Shown: one piece after another, positions 17,640-27,126 of the stretch
Numbering within the stretch: position 1 is the first letter of the stretch
Layout: every line of letters starts with the position of its first letter
Source: Alkalispirochaeta sp.
GTDB taxonomy: Bacteria; Spirochaetota; Spirochaetia; DSM-27196; Alkalispirochaetaceae
Reading direction: 5' to 3'
Assembly: GCA_965601925.1 (NCBI GenBank)
Contig: OZ271854.1
Location: 4,736,001 to 4,800,000, forward strand
DNA length: 64,000 nt
Made by a program: the position numbers and the translations under genes
The notes under the pieces: model-generated
What the model saw: only the letters and a program-made list of their open reading frames with translations
Databases searched by the model: none
What the model was told of the DNA's origin: nothing

Positions 17640-18719
17640 ATGATGACGGTTGCGCTGTCTTGCACGGGTGAAGGGTTCGGCCACGCGGCGCGTTCGGTAG
17701 CGATCGCTCACGTGCTCAGGTCCAACTATCGAGTCGTAATTTACTGCCCGCCCCATCTGTTTCCGTTCATGAGGGAAAATCTCGGGCACATCGACCTCGA
17801 GCCGATTCCCTATTTCTCTTTCGTTAAGCAACGGGAGCGGATAGATTATGCCAGAACGACGCTCCGCAACCTTCCCACGGCACTCAACTTTCCGATCTCG
17901 ATCTCGCGGATCTCACGATCGCTGAAGCGCCGAAAGGTGAAGGCGCTAATCTCCGATTACGATCCCTTCGGCGCATACGCCGCCGATCGCCTCGGCATGC
18001 CGATTCTCCAGATCAACCATCCGGCGGTCGTCCTCAGGCAGCGGGAGTTCTCTCTGGAGTCGTGGCTTGCGCGGATCATCTCAATGCTTCTGATGGGGAA
18101 ATATCATCGAAAGCTGGTAGTGTCTTTTTACGACGGCGACCTCGGACCGGTGGTACGCCCGAGTCTGGCGCAACAAGAGTCCTCACGCGAAGATTTTTTC
18201 GTGGTCTATCTCAAGCCGAGTTATCGCAAGATCATGCTCCGAGCGCTGAAAAAACTCTCGATCCACAACGTGCAAGTATTTCCCGATCCGCGGAAAAACA
18301 TCGTCGATTACCTCGCCCGCTGCAAAGGTGTCATATCCAGCGCAGGACACCAATTCATGACCGAGGCGATGGTACTCAAGAAACCGGTATTCGTCGTGCC
18401 GCAGACCGGTCAATATGAACAGCTGCTCAACGCCCGGATGCTGGAAGACTCCGGATGGGGAACGTGGGCGCGCGTGGAGGAGTTGGAGACGAAGCTACAG
18501 GAGTTCGTGTGCAACATCGATCGGTATCCGTTGCCGCCTCGCAACCCGACGGTACGTTATCGCTTCTCCAACGACCTGCCCAAGGCGGTCGAACGGATCG
18601 AGCGATTTCTCTTGGACGTGAAGGCCGAGCGCGTACGACCGCGTCGGATCATCGACCGCATCGCCCTTGCGTATCCGGCGGCAAGGGAGCGCGAGCGTTT
18701 CAGACTCCCAGTCGCGTGA
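17640..18719 (+). CDS. GT-B glycosyltransferase (MJ1255/GT28-like)
   Basis: GEGFGHAAR, LISDYDP, VISSAGHQFMTEA..LKKP..VVP..GQYEQ.LNA. Confidence 0.88.
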   Translation: MMTVALSCTGEGFGHAARSVAIAHVLRSNYRVVIYCPPHLFPFMRENLGHIDLEPIPYFSFVKQRERIDYARTTLRNLPTALNFPISISRISRSLKRRKVKALISDYDPFGAYAADRLGMPILQINHPAVVLRQREFSLESWLARIISMLLMGKYHRKLVVSFYDGDLGPVVRPSLAQQESSREDFFVVYLKPSYRKIMLRALKKLSIHNVQVFPDPRKNIVDYLARCKGVISSAGHQFMTEAMVLKKPVFVVPQTGQYEQLLNARMLEDSGWGTWARVEELETKLQEFVCNIDRYPLPPRNPTVRYRFSNDLPKAVERIERFLLDVKAERVRPRRIIDRIALAYPAARERERFRLPVA

Positions 18720-19218
18720 CGACGAGCTCGACGATCTCATCCGGACGATACCGCTCGGTATCGATCGTCATATCGGCAAAGTCGTGCACATCGATATCGA
18801 TATCGTATAGACGAAGATAGCGGGCGCGGTCCCGCCGGTCGCGCTCGTCGGTCGCTGCAAGAACGGCGTCGAAGTCGCCGCCCTCGCGCGTGCGGATGCG
18901 CTCGGCTCGGACTGCACTGGAGGCGGTGAGGTAGACCGTAAGATCGGCCTCCGAGAGGAGCCAAATAGCAAGTCTCGAGCCGAGCACGCAACTCTCCTCG
19001 CGAGCCAACTCGACTTGTTTCTTGTCGAGATAGCGATCCCATGAGTCATCCTCTTCCGCCATGCGGCACATTTGCTCGAACGTGATGCCCTTCTCCTCGG
19101 CAATGGAGTGAAATGTGTAGTTTATAAGACGGATACCCAGTCGCTGCGCGAGATTTCGGCTGACGGTGCTGTTACCGCACCCGCTCTTACCCGATATTGC
19201 GATGCGCAGTTCAGTCAT
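18700..19218 (-). CDS. cmk: Cytidylate kinase, archaeal-type
   Basis: IAISGKSGCGNSTVS, D..LD..Q, GSRLAIW, R..RI..REG, RY..LY.ID; AAGGAG RBS. Confidence 0.88.
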   Translation of the reverse strand: MTELRIAISGKSGCGNSTVSRNLAQRLGIRLINYTFHSIAEEKGITFEQMCRMAEEDDSWDRYLDKKQVELAREESCVLGSRLAIWLLSEADLTVYLTASSAVRAERIRTREGGDFDAVLAATDERDRRDRARYLRLYDIDIDVHDFADMTIDTERYRPDEIVELVVTRLGV

Positions 19219-19252
19219 GCGTGTTGTCGCTCCTTGAGTCGGTGTACACGAT

Positions 19253-20125
19253 TTATTCGATGTTTCGCAGCTGCTCACGGATCGCCTCAACGGCGTCCTT
19301 TGCCTCTATGACCGCGTCCTGAACCGCCGAGAGGATCGTCTTGCTTCCCGTGGTGTTGATCTCACGGTTCATTTCCTGGCAAATGAAATCCAAACGTTTT
19401 CCAATGCTGCCCCCGGCGTTGAGGAGACCGGCGAAACTGTCGATGTGGCTCTGCAGGCGCACAACCTCCTCGCTCGTCGCGTGCTTGACCATGAGAACGG
19501 CCGCTTCCGCGTATACCCGCTGCTCGTCGGCATCGTCTCCCAATACCTCCCGGAAGCGTTTACGTACGGCGTCGAACACCATCGTTTCGATCTCGTCGGC
19601 GCTCTCGGCGAATACACCTACGCAACGGCGTAACCGGTCGAGGTGACGTGTCAGGTCGGCCGCGGTTACGCGTCCCTCGGCCTCGCGCGTCTCGTTCCAC
19701 GCCGCCAATGCTTTGCGCAGCGCTTCTACCACGTCGTCACGATACGTCTCCGCGTCCCGCCGGCGCTCGGTTTGAATAACGCCGTCAAAGGCGAGAATGT
19801 CGCGATAGCTCGGCTCGGCTGCGATGTCCGCAAGTCGCCCGATCTCCTTGAGCGCGGATTTCGCCGCCTCCACGGCGCCGTCGTCGACGTGAATGTGTAC
19901 GCTGCTCTGATATTCGCGCAAACGGACGGCGACCTCCACTTTGCCCCGAGAGGCGACACCGGCAACGAGTTGCTTAATCTCCGGCTCCAGAGGGTTGAGA
20001 AAGCTCGGTAGCGACGTGTATACATCAAAGTAGCGGTTATTGAGGCTTCGGACCTCTACCGTCAGATCGCGTTCGCCGCTGTTGTTCTCGACGTAACCGT
20101 AACCGGTCATACTCCTAACCTTCAC
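19253..20125 (-). CDS. yicC: YicC/YloC family endoribonuclease
   Basis: SMTGYG, RSLNNRY, RGKVE, EE..RL.SH, GKRLDFICQEMNREINT.GSK, IREQ..NIE. Confidence 0.96.
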   Translation of the reverse strand: MKVRSMTGYGYVENNSGERDLTVEVRSLNNRYFDVYTSLPSFLNPLEPEIKQLVAGVASRGKVEVAVRLREYQSSVHIHVDDGAVEAAKSALKEIGRLADIAAEPSYRDILAFDGVIQTERRRDAETYRDDVVEALRKALAAWNETREAEGRVTAADLTRHLDRLRRCVGVFAESADEIETMVFDAVRKRFREVLGDDADEQRVYAEAAVLMVKHATSEEVVRLQSHIDSFAGLLNAGGSIGKRLDFICQEMNREINTTGSKTILSAVQDAVIEAKDAVEAIREQLRNIE

Positions 20126-21585
20126 GCTTCCTCCCGTGTTTGCAGACGCCGCAGTACATCAGTTCCGATACGGAAATTGTCTCCGGCGCCCATCGTGACG
20201 AACAGATCGCCCGGCCTCAAAGAGGCCGCTATGTCCCGCGCCGCCTCGCCGAAATCGGGCCGATAGTGGACGTCGTTATGTTCCAGCCGGGTTGCGCGAA
20301 AGAGGGTTGTACCGTCGATACCGCCGGGATTCGTCTCCCGTGCAGAGGCGTATATGTCGTTGAGATAGACGCGGTCGGCGGCGGTAAACGATCGGGCGAA
20401 CGCATCGAGGAGCGCCGCAGTACGCGAATAGGTATGGGGCATGAAATCGACCACCAAACGACGTTCCGGCCAGAACGCCTTGTAACCCTCCAGGGTGGTG
20501 GCAATGGCGCTCGGATGGTGCGCGTAATCGTCCATGACGAGCACACCACTCGCCTCGCCCACGATTTCGCTCCGTCGCCGCGTACCGGAGAAACGCGCGA
20601 GCGCGTCCTGCCACTGCCGAAGGCGCTCGTCGTCGGGCGGGCCTACCAATGCGACCAGGGCGTTGAGTGCGGCGGCGGCGTTGGCCGCCATATGGCGTCC
20701 GGGTACCGGAAGGGTCCACTGCGTAGTCCTTCCCGGTCCGTCGGCGTCGGGAAGGATTACCGCGAAGCGTTGACGCCCGGATTCGACCACCGGCTCTCCG
20801 ACACCGCCTACTCCCTCCACGCTGAATCCGTAGGGCCGCACCGCGAGTGCGGGCCGCTCGTCCGTAAGCCTTCGGGCCACCTCGGTAGCGCCCCGGTCGT
20901 CGGCACAGTAGATGAGCGTCCCGTCGTCGGGCAACTGCAGCCCGAACTCATAAAACGCGTCGAGGACATCGTCAAGGTCGCGAAAGTAGTCCTGATGGTC
21001 GGCCTCGATGCCGGTAATGAGGAGAACACACGGAGAAAAATCGAGAAAGTGTCGCCGATACTCGCACGTCTCGGCCACCAAAAACTCGTTCCCGAGGCGG
21101 AGCGTCGCCGAGCCGCCGAACGCTTCAACGGCGCTCCCCACGACGACCGTCGCCGGCGTTCGATCGACGGCGATCATGGAACCGATCATCGCGGTGGTGC
21201 TCGTCTTACCGTGTACGCCGCTCACCGCCAAACTCCGGCGAGTTCGAGAGAGCGAGCCGAGCATCTCGGTGTAGCTGAACTGGGGAATACCGCGCCGCGT
21301 CGCCTCGACACGCTCGGGGTTCGTCTCGTCGTACGCCGCTGAGTAGACCAACACATCGGTTCCGATCGGTACGTGTTGGGCGGCAAATCCGACGGACGGC
21401 GCAACGCCGATACGTTCGAGCAACACATCGGTATAGAAGCGCTCTCCAACATCGCTTCCGGTGAGTTGTGCGCCCTCCTCGGCGAGGACTTCGGCGAGGG
21501 CCGCCATCCCGGTGCCCTTTACACCGGTCATGTGGATGCGCGCATTGTGTATCGATACGGTGGTACGGTCCGCAATACCGGACAT
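20122..21585 (-). CDS. murC: UDP-N-acetylmuramate--L-alanine ligase
   Basis: GVKGTGMAALA, GSD, SGVHGKTSTT, AETCEY, EADHQD, DDYAHHP, PHTYSRT, MGAGD. Confidence 0.95.
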   Translation of the reverse strand: MSGIADRTTVSIHNARIHMTGVKGTGMAALAEVLAEEGAQLTGSDVGERFYTDVLLERIGVAPSVGFAAQHVPIGTDVLVYSAAYDETNPERVEATRRGIPQFSYTEMLGSLSRTRRSLAVSGVHGKTSTTAMIGSMIAVDRTPATVVVGSAVEAFGGSATLRLGNEFLVAETCEYRRHFLDFSPCVLLITGIEADHQDYFRDLDDVLDAFYEFGLQLPDDGTLIYCADDRGATEVARRLTDERPALAVRPYGFSVEGVGGVGEPVVESGRQRFAVILPDADGPGRTTQWTLPVPGRHMAANAAAALNALVALVGPPDDERLRQWQDALARFSGTRRRSEIVGEASGVLVMDDYAHHPSAIATTLEGYKAFWPERRLVVDFMPHTYSRTAALLDAFARSFTAADRVYLNDIYASARETNPGGIDGTTLFRATRLEHNDVHYRPDFGEAARDIAASLRPGDLFVTMGAGDNFRIGTDVLRRLQTREEA

Positions 21586-21636
21586 GGGGGGAGTGTAGCC
21601 GCTTTTAGGCCGGCGGTCCACCGATCCGCATATTCG

Positions 21637-22458
21637 TCAGCGGCGCTCTCCGGCGTGAAGCGCGGCGAGCACGGCCGCTTTTCTCCGGCGAAACTCCTCG
21701 GACAGGAGCGTCGTCTCGCCCCTGGGTCGGGACAGCGGAATCGGTAACGTCTCCACGATCCGCGCCGGACGCGCCGAAAGTACGACGATCTCATCCGATA
21801 ACAGAAGCGCTTCGTCGACGTCGTGGGTCACCAACAAAACGCCGGGCCGTATCTCGGCGAGGAGCGAGAGGAGCCACTCGTGCATGCGGGTGCGGGTGAT
21901 CGTATCCAACGCCGCGAACGGTTCGTCCAACAGAATCGTGTCGCCGCTGAAAAGATACGTTCTGAGAAGCGCCGCCCTCTGTCGCATCCCCCCGGAGAGC
22001 TGAAACGGAAAGTGCCGCTCGAACCCCGCCAACCCGAAACGCTCGAAGTACGGCCCGGCAATCTCGCGAGCCTTACGACGCCCATACCCTTTGAGCTCCA
22101 ACGGCAGCGCGACGTTGTCGATGATACGCAGCCACGGCAAAAGCAGATCCTTCTGCTGCAGATAGCTGACGCGCCCGGTTTCTCCGGTAATCGTCTCGCC
22201 GTGCAGACGCACCGAACCCGCATCGGGAGCGATCAGCCCCGCACAGATATGGAGAATGGTACTCTTACCGCACCCGGAAGGCCCCAGAACGCCGATGACC
22301 CGTCCCGGCTCGATGGCAAGCGATACACCGTCCAAAACCGGCAAGGCACCGAACGATTTCCGAACTCCCACGACCTCGAGGCCGACGCCGACCGAGTCGG
22401 GTGCCGCAGGCGTCGTCGGATCGTCGCGGCGCGGAATCGAGAGACGGGAGCCGTTCAC
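21637..22458 (-). CDS. ABC transporter ATP-binding protein (TauB/SsuB/ThiZ-like)
   Basis: GPSGCGKST, LLPW, LSGGMRQR, LLDEPFAALD, VTHDVDEA. GTG start overlaps the permease stop; the ORF-track 5' extension is spurious. Confidence 0.93.
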   Translation of the reverse strand: MNGSRLSIPRRDDPTTPAAPDSVGVGLEVVGVRKSFGALPVLDGVSLAIEPGRVIGVLGPSGCGKSTILHICAGLIAPDAGSVRLHGETITGETGRVSYLQQKDLLLPWLRIIDNVALPLELKGYGRRKAREIAGPYFERFGLAGFERHFPFQLSGGMRQRAALLRTYLFSGDTILLDEPFAALDTITRTRMHEWLLSLLAEIRPGVLLVTHDVDEALLLSDEIVVLSARPARIVETLPIPLSRPRGETTLLSEEFRRRKAAVLAALHAGERR

Positions 22459-23273
22459 GCCGTTGCTCCCCCGCCCGCGTTGCCTACGGCCCGTCGGTGC
22501 GGACTCGCAACGTATTGGGCGGCAACGATGACGCCCAGGACCGCCAGGCTCAAGGCCACCACGACGAGAATCGCGGCGAAGAGGCGATCCAGAGCGAACG
22601 CCTTTTGGGCGCGGACCATATAGACGCCGAGACCCCGGGTGCCGCCCAGCCACTCGCCGATCACGGCCGCCATAACGCTGTAGGTTGCCGCGATACGCAA
22701 GCCCCCGAAGAGGTAGGGAATCGAGGCCGGAACGCGGGCGCGCGTGAACACATGCAACCGACGTGCGCCCATCGAGCGCAAAAGGTCGATCGTATCGGTG
22801 TCCACCGCGGCCACCCCTTCGGTGAGGCTCACGACGATGGGGAAAAAACAGACGAGGGCGACGACCAACACCTTCGGGAGGAGCCCGAAGCCGAACCAGA
22901 TTACGAAAAGCGGTGCCAACGCAACGAGCGGAACAGTCTGCGAGACGACGAGGAGCGGGTACATCGCCGAGCGAAGGAACGGGAAGGTGATCATCGCGAA
23001 GGTCAGGATCACCGCCGATACGAGGGCGATCCCGAGCCCTGCAAGCGTCGCTGCGGCGGTAACGGCTATGTGGGGCGCCATCGCCCCGAACTGTGTCACC
23101 GTTGTCCGCAAGACGGCAAAGGGCGACGGCAGCACAAATGCGGGAACGATTTCGGCGGCTACCACGAACTGCCACGCGACGAGCACGAACGTGACCGCCG
23201 CCGCGGGCGCGACGATGGCCGCCCCGTTCTTGCGAGTGGTGACTGTCGGTTGTTGTATGTCGGATAGTTTCAT
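22455..23273 (-). CDS. ABC transporter permease (TauC/ThiX-like)
   Basis: LPSP, SQTVP.VALAPL..IWFGFG..PK, RSMGA EAA loop, AAVIGEW.G..GLG. Confidence 0.93.
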   Translation of the reverse strand: MKLSDIQQPTVTTRKNGAAIVAPAAAVTFVLVAWQFVVAAEIVPAFVLPSPFAVLRTTVTQFGAMAPHIAVTAAATLAGLGIALVSAVILTFAMITFPFLRSAMYPLLVVSQTVPLVALAPLFVIWFGFGLLPKVLVVALVCFFPIVVSLTEGVAAVDTDTIDLLRSMGARRLHVFTRARVPASIPYLFGGLRIAATYSVMAAVIGEWLGGTRGLGVYMVRAQKAFALDRLFAAILVVVALSLAVLGVIVAAQYVASPHRRAVGNAGGGATA

Positions 23274-23277
23274 TGCG

Positions 23278-23365
23278 GATCCCTTCGCCGGCATTATCCG
23301 GATCAGGTGTACGGGTCGAAGCTACGCTTCCTCTCAGCCGGGCGTCGCCCAGCTCCCCCTGGTCG
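23278..23365 (-). ncRNA. TPP (THI-box) riboswitch
   Basis: Minus strand: AGGGGGAGC..CGGCTGAGAGGAAG..GACCCGTACACCTGATCCGGATAATGCCGGCGAAGGGA matches the TPP aptamer consensus. Confidence 0.95.
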
Positions 23366-23397
23366 AAGTGTAAAGTACGGCCTTACGCCGCCGGACG

Positions 23398-23991
23398 TCA
23401 ATCCCGCGGTTGCCATCGGTCGTTAAGGAGTACGTAGTGGTCGTGGTCCTCCCAACGCCCTTGAATGCGCAGATAGCGGCGGGACCGCCCCTCGAATACG
23501 AATCCGAGCCGCGTCACCAGACGAATCGAACGCTCATTGATCGGCATGATGTTGGCCTCGATGCGATGCAATCCCTCGACCTCAAACATGTACGAGACCG
23601 TTGCCGAGAGCGCCTCGGTCATGAGCCCGCGTCCCTCCACCGATGCAGCGAGGCGGTATCCGACGAAACACGACTGAAGGGGTCCGCGAACGATGTTGCT
23701 ATAGGCGATCACTCCGTCCGTCGGCCGGTGGTACGCCGGGCGGCCGCCCGTATCGGAGAGCGAGAGGCCGAACTGCACGATTCCGGCGTCGCTCCGAAGG
23801 CGACGGAGCAGCCGGCGTTGAAAACGCAGTGTGTAGTACTCCGCTCCCCGCGTGGGCTCCCAGCGTTCATGGTACCACCGATTGCGCGTATTGAACTCGT
23901 GCACGGTCCGCGCATCGCGAGGGCGGAGCTCTCGAATACGGAGGCGGTCGGTGTGCAGCTCTATCCTATCGGCTGAGGATGATCTCGCCAT
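23398..23991 (-). CDS. GNAT acetyltransferase, RimJ family
   Basis: L.TDRL.IR, N......WEP, NIVRG..QSC.VGY, G.GLMTEAL, LHRIEANIMP.N.RS, G.WEDH. Confidence 0.9.
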   Translation of the reverse strand: MARSSSADRIELHTDRLRIRELRPRDARTVHEFNTRNRWYHERWEPTRGAEYYTLRFQRRLLRRLRSDAGIVQFGLSLSDTGGRPAYHRPTDGVIAYSNIVRGPLQSCFVGYRLAASVEGRGLMTEALSATVSYMFEVEGLHRIEANIMPINERSIRLVTRLGFVFEGRSRRYLRIQGRWEDHDHYVLLNDRWQPRD

Positions 23992-24084
23992 AGCCGTCAA
24001 GGGTGCCCGCCGGCGGGCGGACGGTCAACCCGTCGATGAGTGCCGTAGCGTAATCCGTTCCCGTTCCGCGGTCAGACGTTCCGA

Positions 24085-24810
24085 TCAAGGCGTCGCCAAG
24101 GTCGCGCACACCGAGCCGCACAGGAGGATCGTCGCCGTCTCGGTTCTCAGAACCGACGAGCCCAACGCGACGGCCCGGAACCCGTTGCCGAGGAGCAAGG
24201 CCTCTTCGTCGACGGTGAATCCGCGCTCCGGGCCGACACACAGATGAATCGGTCCCGTCTCGCGCTCCGAAGCGATCTCGTCCAGAAGGGCCGCCAGAGA
24301 GGTCGTGCCGCCCGGTAAGGCGACGATACGCCGCCGACCGTCATCCGTTTCGGCGATCGCGGAGGCAAGATCATCGACGCGGTGCACGACCGGTAATGCG
24401 GTATGCCCGCCCTGACTCATTCCCTCCCACACGGCCCGTTCGCAGCCGTCCCACACGGAACTCTTGAGATATGAGCGCTCCGAGAGTTCGCCGATAAACG
24501 CGGTGATCGAGGCGACGCGCATCGACGCAAGATCGCGCCATAAACGGCGGAGCACCGGGGGGCGCGGATGCCCCAACAGAACATGCACGTCGAGAGGACG
24601 TTGCGACGACTCGCCCCACCGGGCGTCGAGCACCACACCCGCTCGATCGATCGAGCGGAGCGTGGCGATTCCCGTGGGGCCGTTTATCACGCCGACGCGC
24701 AATTCGTCCCCGGGACGGGAGCGGAGCACGGAGCGAATGTGCCGCGCCCTATGGTCGGCCGAAGGAAGGCGATAGGTATCCTGAGTATCCGAAAAGAGGA
24801 TCAGATTCAC
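24085..24810 (-). CDS. rsmE: 16S rRNA m3U1498 methyltransferase RsmE
   Basis: HIRSVLR..PGD, VGPERGFT..E, LG..VLRTETA; GTG overlaps the TetR stop. Confidence 0.88.
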   Translation of the reverse strand: MNLILFSDTQDTYRLPSADHRARHIRSVLRSRPGDELRVGVINGPTGIATLRSIDRAGVVLDARWGESSQRPLDVHVLLGHPRPPVLRRLWRDLASMRVASITAFIGELSERSYLKSSVWDGCERAVWEGMSQGGHTALPVVHRVDDLASAIAETDDGRRRIVALPGGTTSLAALLDEIASERETGPIHLCVGPERGFTVDEEALLLGNGFRAVALGSSVLRTETATILLCGSVCATLATP

Positions 24811-25388
24811 CGCGGAGCGTTGACTCGCCCGGCGAGGTCGAAGTATCCCGCAATCGCATCGATCGGCAATGGGTCCACGCCGATAAGGCGCTGCAGAATG
24901 AGCCCGTCGATCGTAGCGAGGAGGACACGAGCCATCGTTTCGTACTCGCCGTTGTCCCCGTACACGCGGGCGAAACCCTGCTCGATGATCTCGCGCCAGC
25001 GCGCATACTCCTGCACGAAACGCTTCCGGAGACTCGGATTCTCCGTCAGTGCTTCTTGAATCAAATAGACGTGAATCTGGCCGCGACTGCGGGAGTGCAT
25101 CACGGTGTCGAGAACCATGCGATAGACGGTGCGAGGCGGCAGATCGGTCCCGCTCTTCTCCAGCCATCGGAAAATACGATCGGTCATGTTGGTCATGTGC
25201 CGATCGGCAATGTCGAAAATAAGGTCGCCCTTGGTCGCGTAGTAGTAATACAGCGTTCCCTTGCTTATGCCCGCCGCTACGGCGATGTCCGCGAGGGTAG
25301 TGTTGGCGATACCTCGCTCACGAATCAACTGTGAGGCAGCCTGGATAATCTTTTCGCGATTCGCGGGGGTGGTCTTTCGCTGGCCCAT
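24807..25388 (-). CDS. TetR/AcrR family regulator
   Basis: I..AA..L..ERG...TTLADIA..AGISKGTLYYYY.TK.DL HTH. Confidence 0.95.
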   Translation of the reverse strand: MGQRKTTPANREKIIQAASQLIRERGIANTTLADIAVAAGISKGTLYYYYATKGDLIFDIADRHMTNMTDRIFRWLEKSGTDLPPRTVYRMVLDTVMHSRSRGQIHVYLIQEALTENPSLRKRFVQEYARWREIIEQGFARVYGDNGEYETMARVLLATIDGLILQRLIGVDPLPIDAIAGYFDLAGRVNAPR

Positions 25389-25494
25389 GGCAAGTAAGGT
25401 ACTGCATGATCGAGGTTTAGGTCAATTTGTCGGTTCTTGACCGCATCATAGATCGCTCTTGTCCGGTGAACATGAATCAATTTATACTACCCTC

Positions 25495-25713
25495 ATGTCC
25501 GATACGGGTTCGCCGGAGCAAAAAAAGTTGTACCGGAGTCGTCGCGATCGTAAGCTCGCCGGCGTCTGCGGCGGTATGGGCGAGTATTTCGGTGTAGATG
25601 CCAATCTCATACGACTGGGGTTCATCGTCGTCGCTCTGTTCACGATGGTGTTTTTGGTCACGGTCATCTACTTCGCCGCGGCCATGATACTCGACGACGA
25701 CCCCACCCAATAG
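25495..25713 (+). CDS. pspC: PspC-domain membrane protein
   Basis: KKLYRSRRDRKLAGVCGGMGEYFGVD..LIRL followed by a TM segment. Confidence 0.9.
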   Translation: MSDTGSPEQKKLYRSRRDRKLAGVCGGMGEYFGVDANLIRLGFIVVALFTMVFLVTVIYFAAAMILDDDPTQ

Positions 25714-25749
25714 CCGAGTCCGCCGTACTCGCACAGAAGGCACGAATCG

Positions 25750-27126
25750 TTGGAGGACCGCCGTGCGATCCACACTCCTTCCGATCGCATCGATGCGCTC
25801 CGAAGGGCTATCCGTACTCCGACCGTCACGTCTCCCGCAAACGACACAACGGGACATGAAATGCTGTTTCGATGGCAGCGGACGATGGTCGACCTGTTTC
25901 CCGCGGTTCACCGTCATCTCCGTTACGATGCCCCGGATCCCTTTCGCCTGACCTATCGTTGGTATCCCGAGGAGCGCGACGACCGCAGACCGGTGCTGTT
26001 GATGGCGCACTACGACGTAGTGCCCGCCTCGCCTGAGGGCTGGACGTGCGACCCTTTCGGTGGCGACATTCGCGACGGCGCGGTGTGGGGACGCGGGGCG
26101 ATTGACGACAAACTGTCGCATATTGCGATACTCAGGGCGGCGGAAGAGCTCCTTCAGGAGGGGTTTCGCCCGACGCGCCCGTTCCATTTCGCCTTCGGCG
26201 GCGACGAGGAGACCGGCGGACGGCGCGGTGCGGCGGTGATCGCCCGCAGCTACGCCGAGGAGGGCGTGCGCTTTGCAATGACTCTCGACGAGGGGGCCAT
26301 CGTCGCCCGCGGAGCGCTCGCCGGACTCGACGCGCCGGTGGGGCTGATCGGATGCGGCGAGAAGGGTCATATCAACGTCCGCCTGTCGGTTCCCGGCGGT
26401 GGAGGCCATGCGGCCACGCCGACGCGCTTCGATGCCTCGGTCGCACTCGCCGAGGCGTTGAGACGATTGTTCGCACACCCTCTACCGACGCGTCGCACCG
26501 CCACGGTCGACTCCTTTGTTCGAACGTTGGGTCGCTACCTGCCCGGGGCGCGCGGCCTCCTGTTACGAGTCTATCCGGCGACCGCCCCCGCGGTGCGTGC
26601 CGTCCTGAGCCGCACGCCCGAAACCGATGCCATGCTTCGCACCACTCGCGCGGTCACGATGCTCAGTGGGAGCGACGCGCCCAACGTTCTTCCTCGTCGC
26701 GTATCGGCCACCATCAACCTCCGCCTCCTACCGGGGCAGACGATCGACGAGACGTTGGCGCTCCTACGTCGACGCGTTCGCGGGCGCCACCGACCCGTTG
26801 AGATAGCGCTTGCTCCGGGATGGGACAATAACGAGGCGCCGTCGGAGAGCCCCACGGACGGCCCGTGGTACGACCTCGTGAGACGTTCGATCCTCAATAT
26901 CTGGCCGGACATTCCGATCCTCCCGTATTTGGTGACCGCCACGACCGACAGCCGGCACTATGCGGCGGTAAGCGATTGTACGTATCGTTTCCTGCCTTTC
27001 GAGCTCTCTCCGGACGACCTCGTCGGTATTCACGGAGTCGATGAGCACATCGCCATTGAGAACATCCACCGCGCCGTCGAGTTCTATCGGCGCTTCATAG
27101 TCCATTGCGACGAGATGCGTGTATGA
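25750..27126 (+). CDS. M20 family peptidase/amidohydrolase
   Basis: LMAHYDVVP, WGRGAIDDK, GGDEE, LDEG, GGHA..P, TDSRHY, IHGVDEH. Confidence 0.92.
   Translation: MEDRRAIHTPSDRIDALRRAIRTPTVTSPANDTTGHEMLFRWQRTMVDLFPAVHRHLRYDAPDPFRLTYRWYPEERDDRRPVLLMAHYDVVPASPEGWTCDPFGGDIRDGAVWGRGAIDDKLSHIAILRAAEELLQEGFRPTRPFHFAFGGDEETGGRRGAAVIARSYAEEGVRFAMTLDEGAIVARGALAGLDAPVGLIGCGEKGHINVRLSVPGGGGHAATPTRFDASVALAEALRRLFAHPLPTRRTATVDSFVRTLGRYLPGARGLLLRVYPATAPAVRAVLSRTPETDAMLRTTRAVTMLSGSDAPNVLPRRVSATINLRLLPGQTIDETLALLRRRVRGRHRPVEIALAPGWDNNEAPSESPTDGPWYDLVRRSILNIWPDIPILPYLVTATTDSRHYAAVSDCTYRFLPFELSPDDLVGIHGVDEHIAIENIHRAVEFYRRFIVHCDEMRV

Noticed and set aside
17139..23365. yjbQ and the TPP-regulated ABC genes as one thiamine cluster
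   Set aside because: They are separated by murC-yicC-cmk and an opposite-strand glycosyltransferase, and murC appears to have its own promoter.
25420..25442. GGTCAA-N11-TTGACC palindrome as a TetR operator
   Set aside because: Only 6-bp arms with a long spacer, and one arm is the tetR -35, so it is too weak to call.
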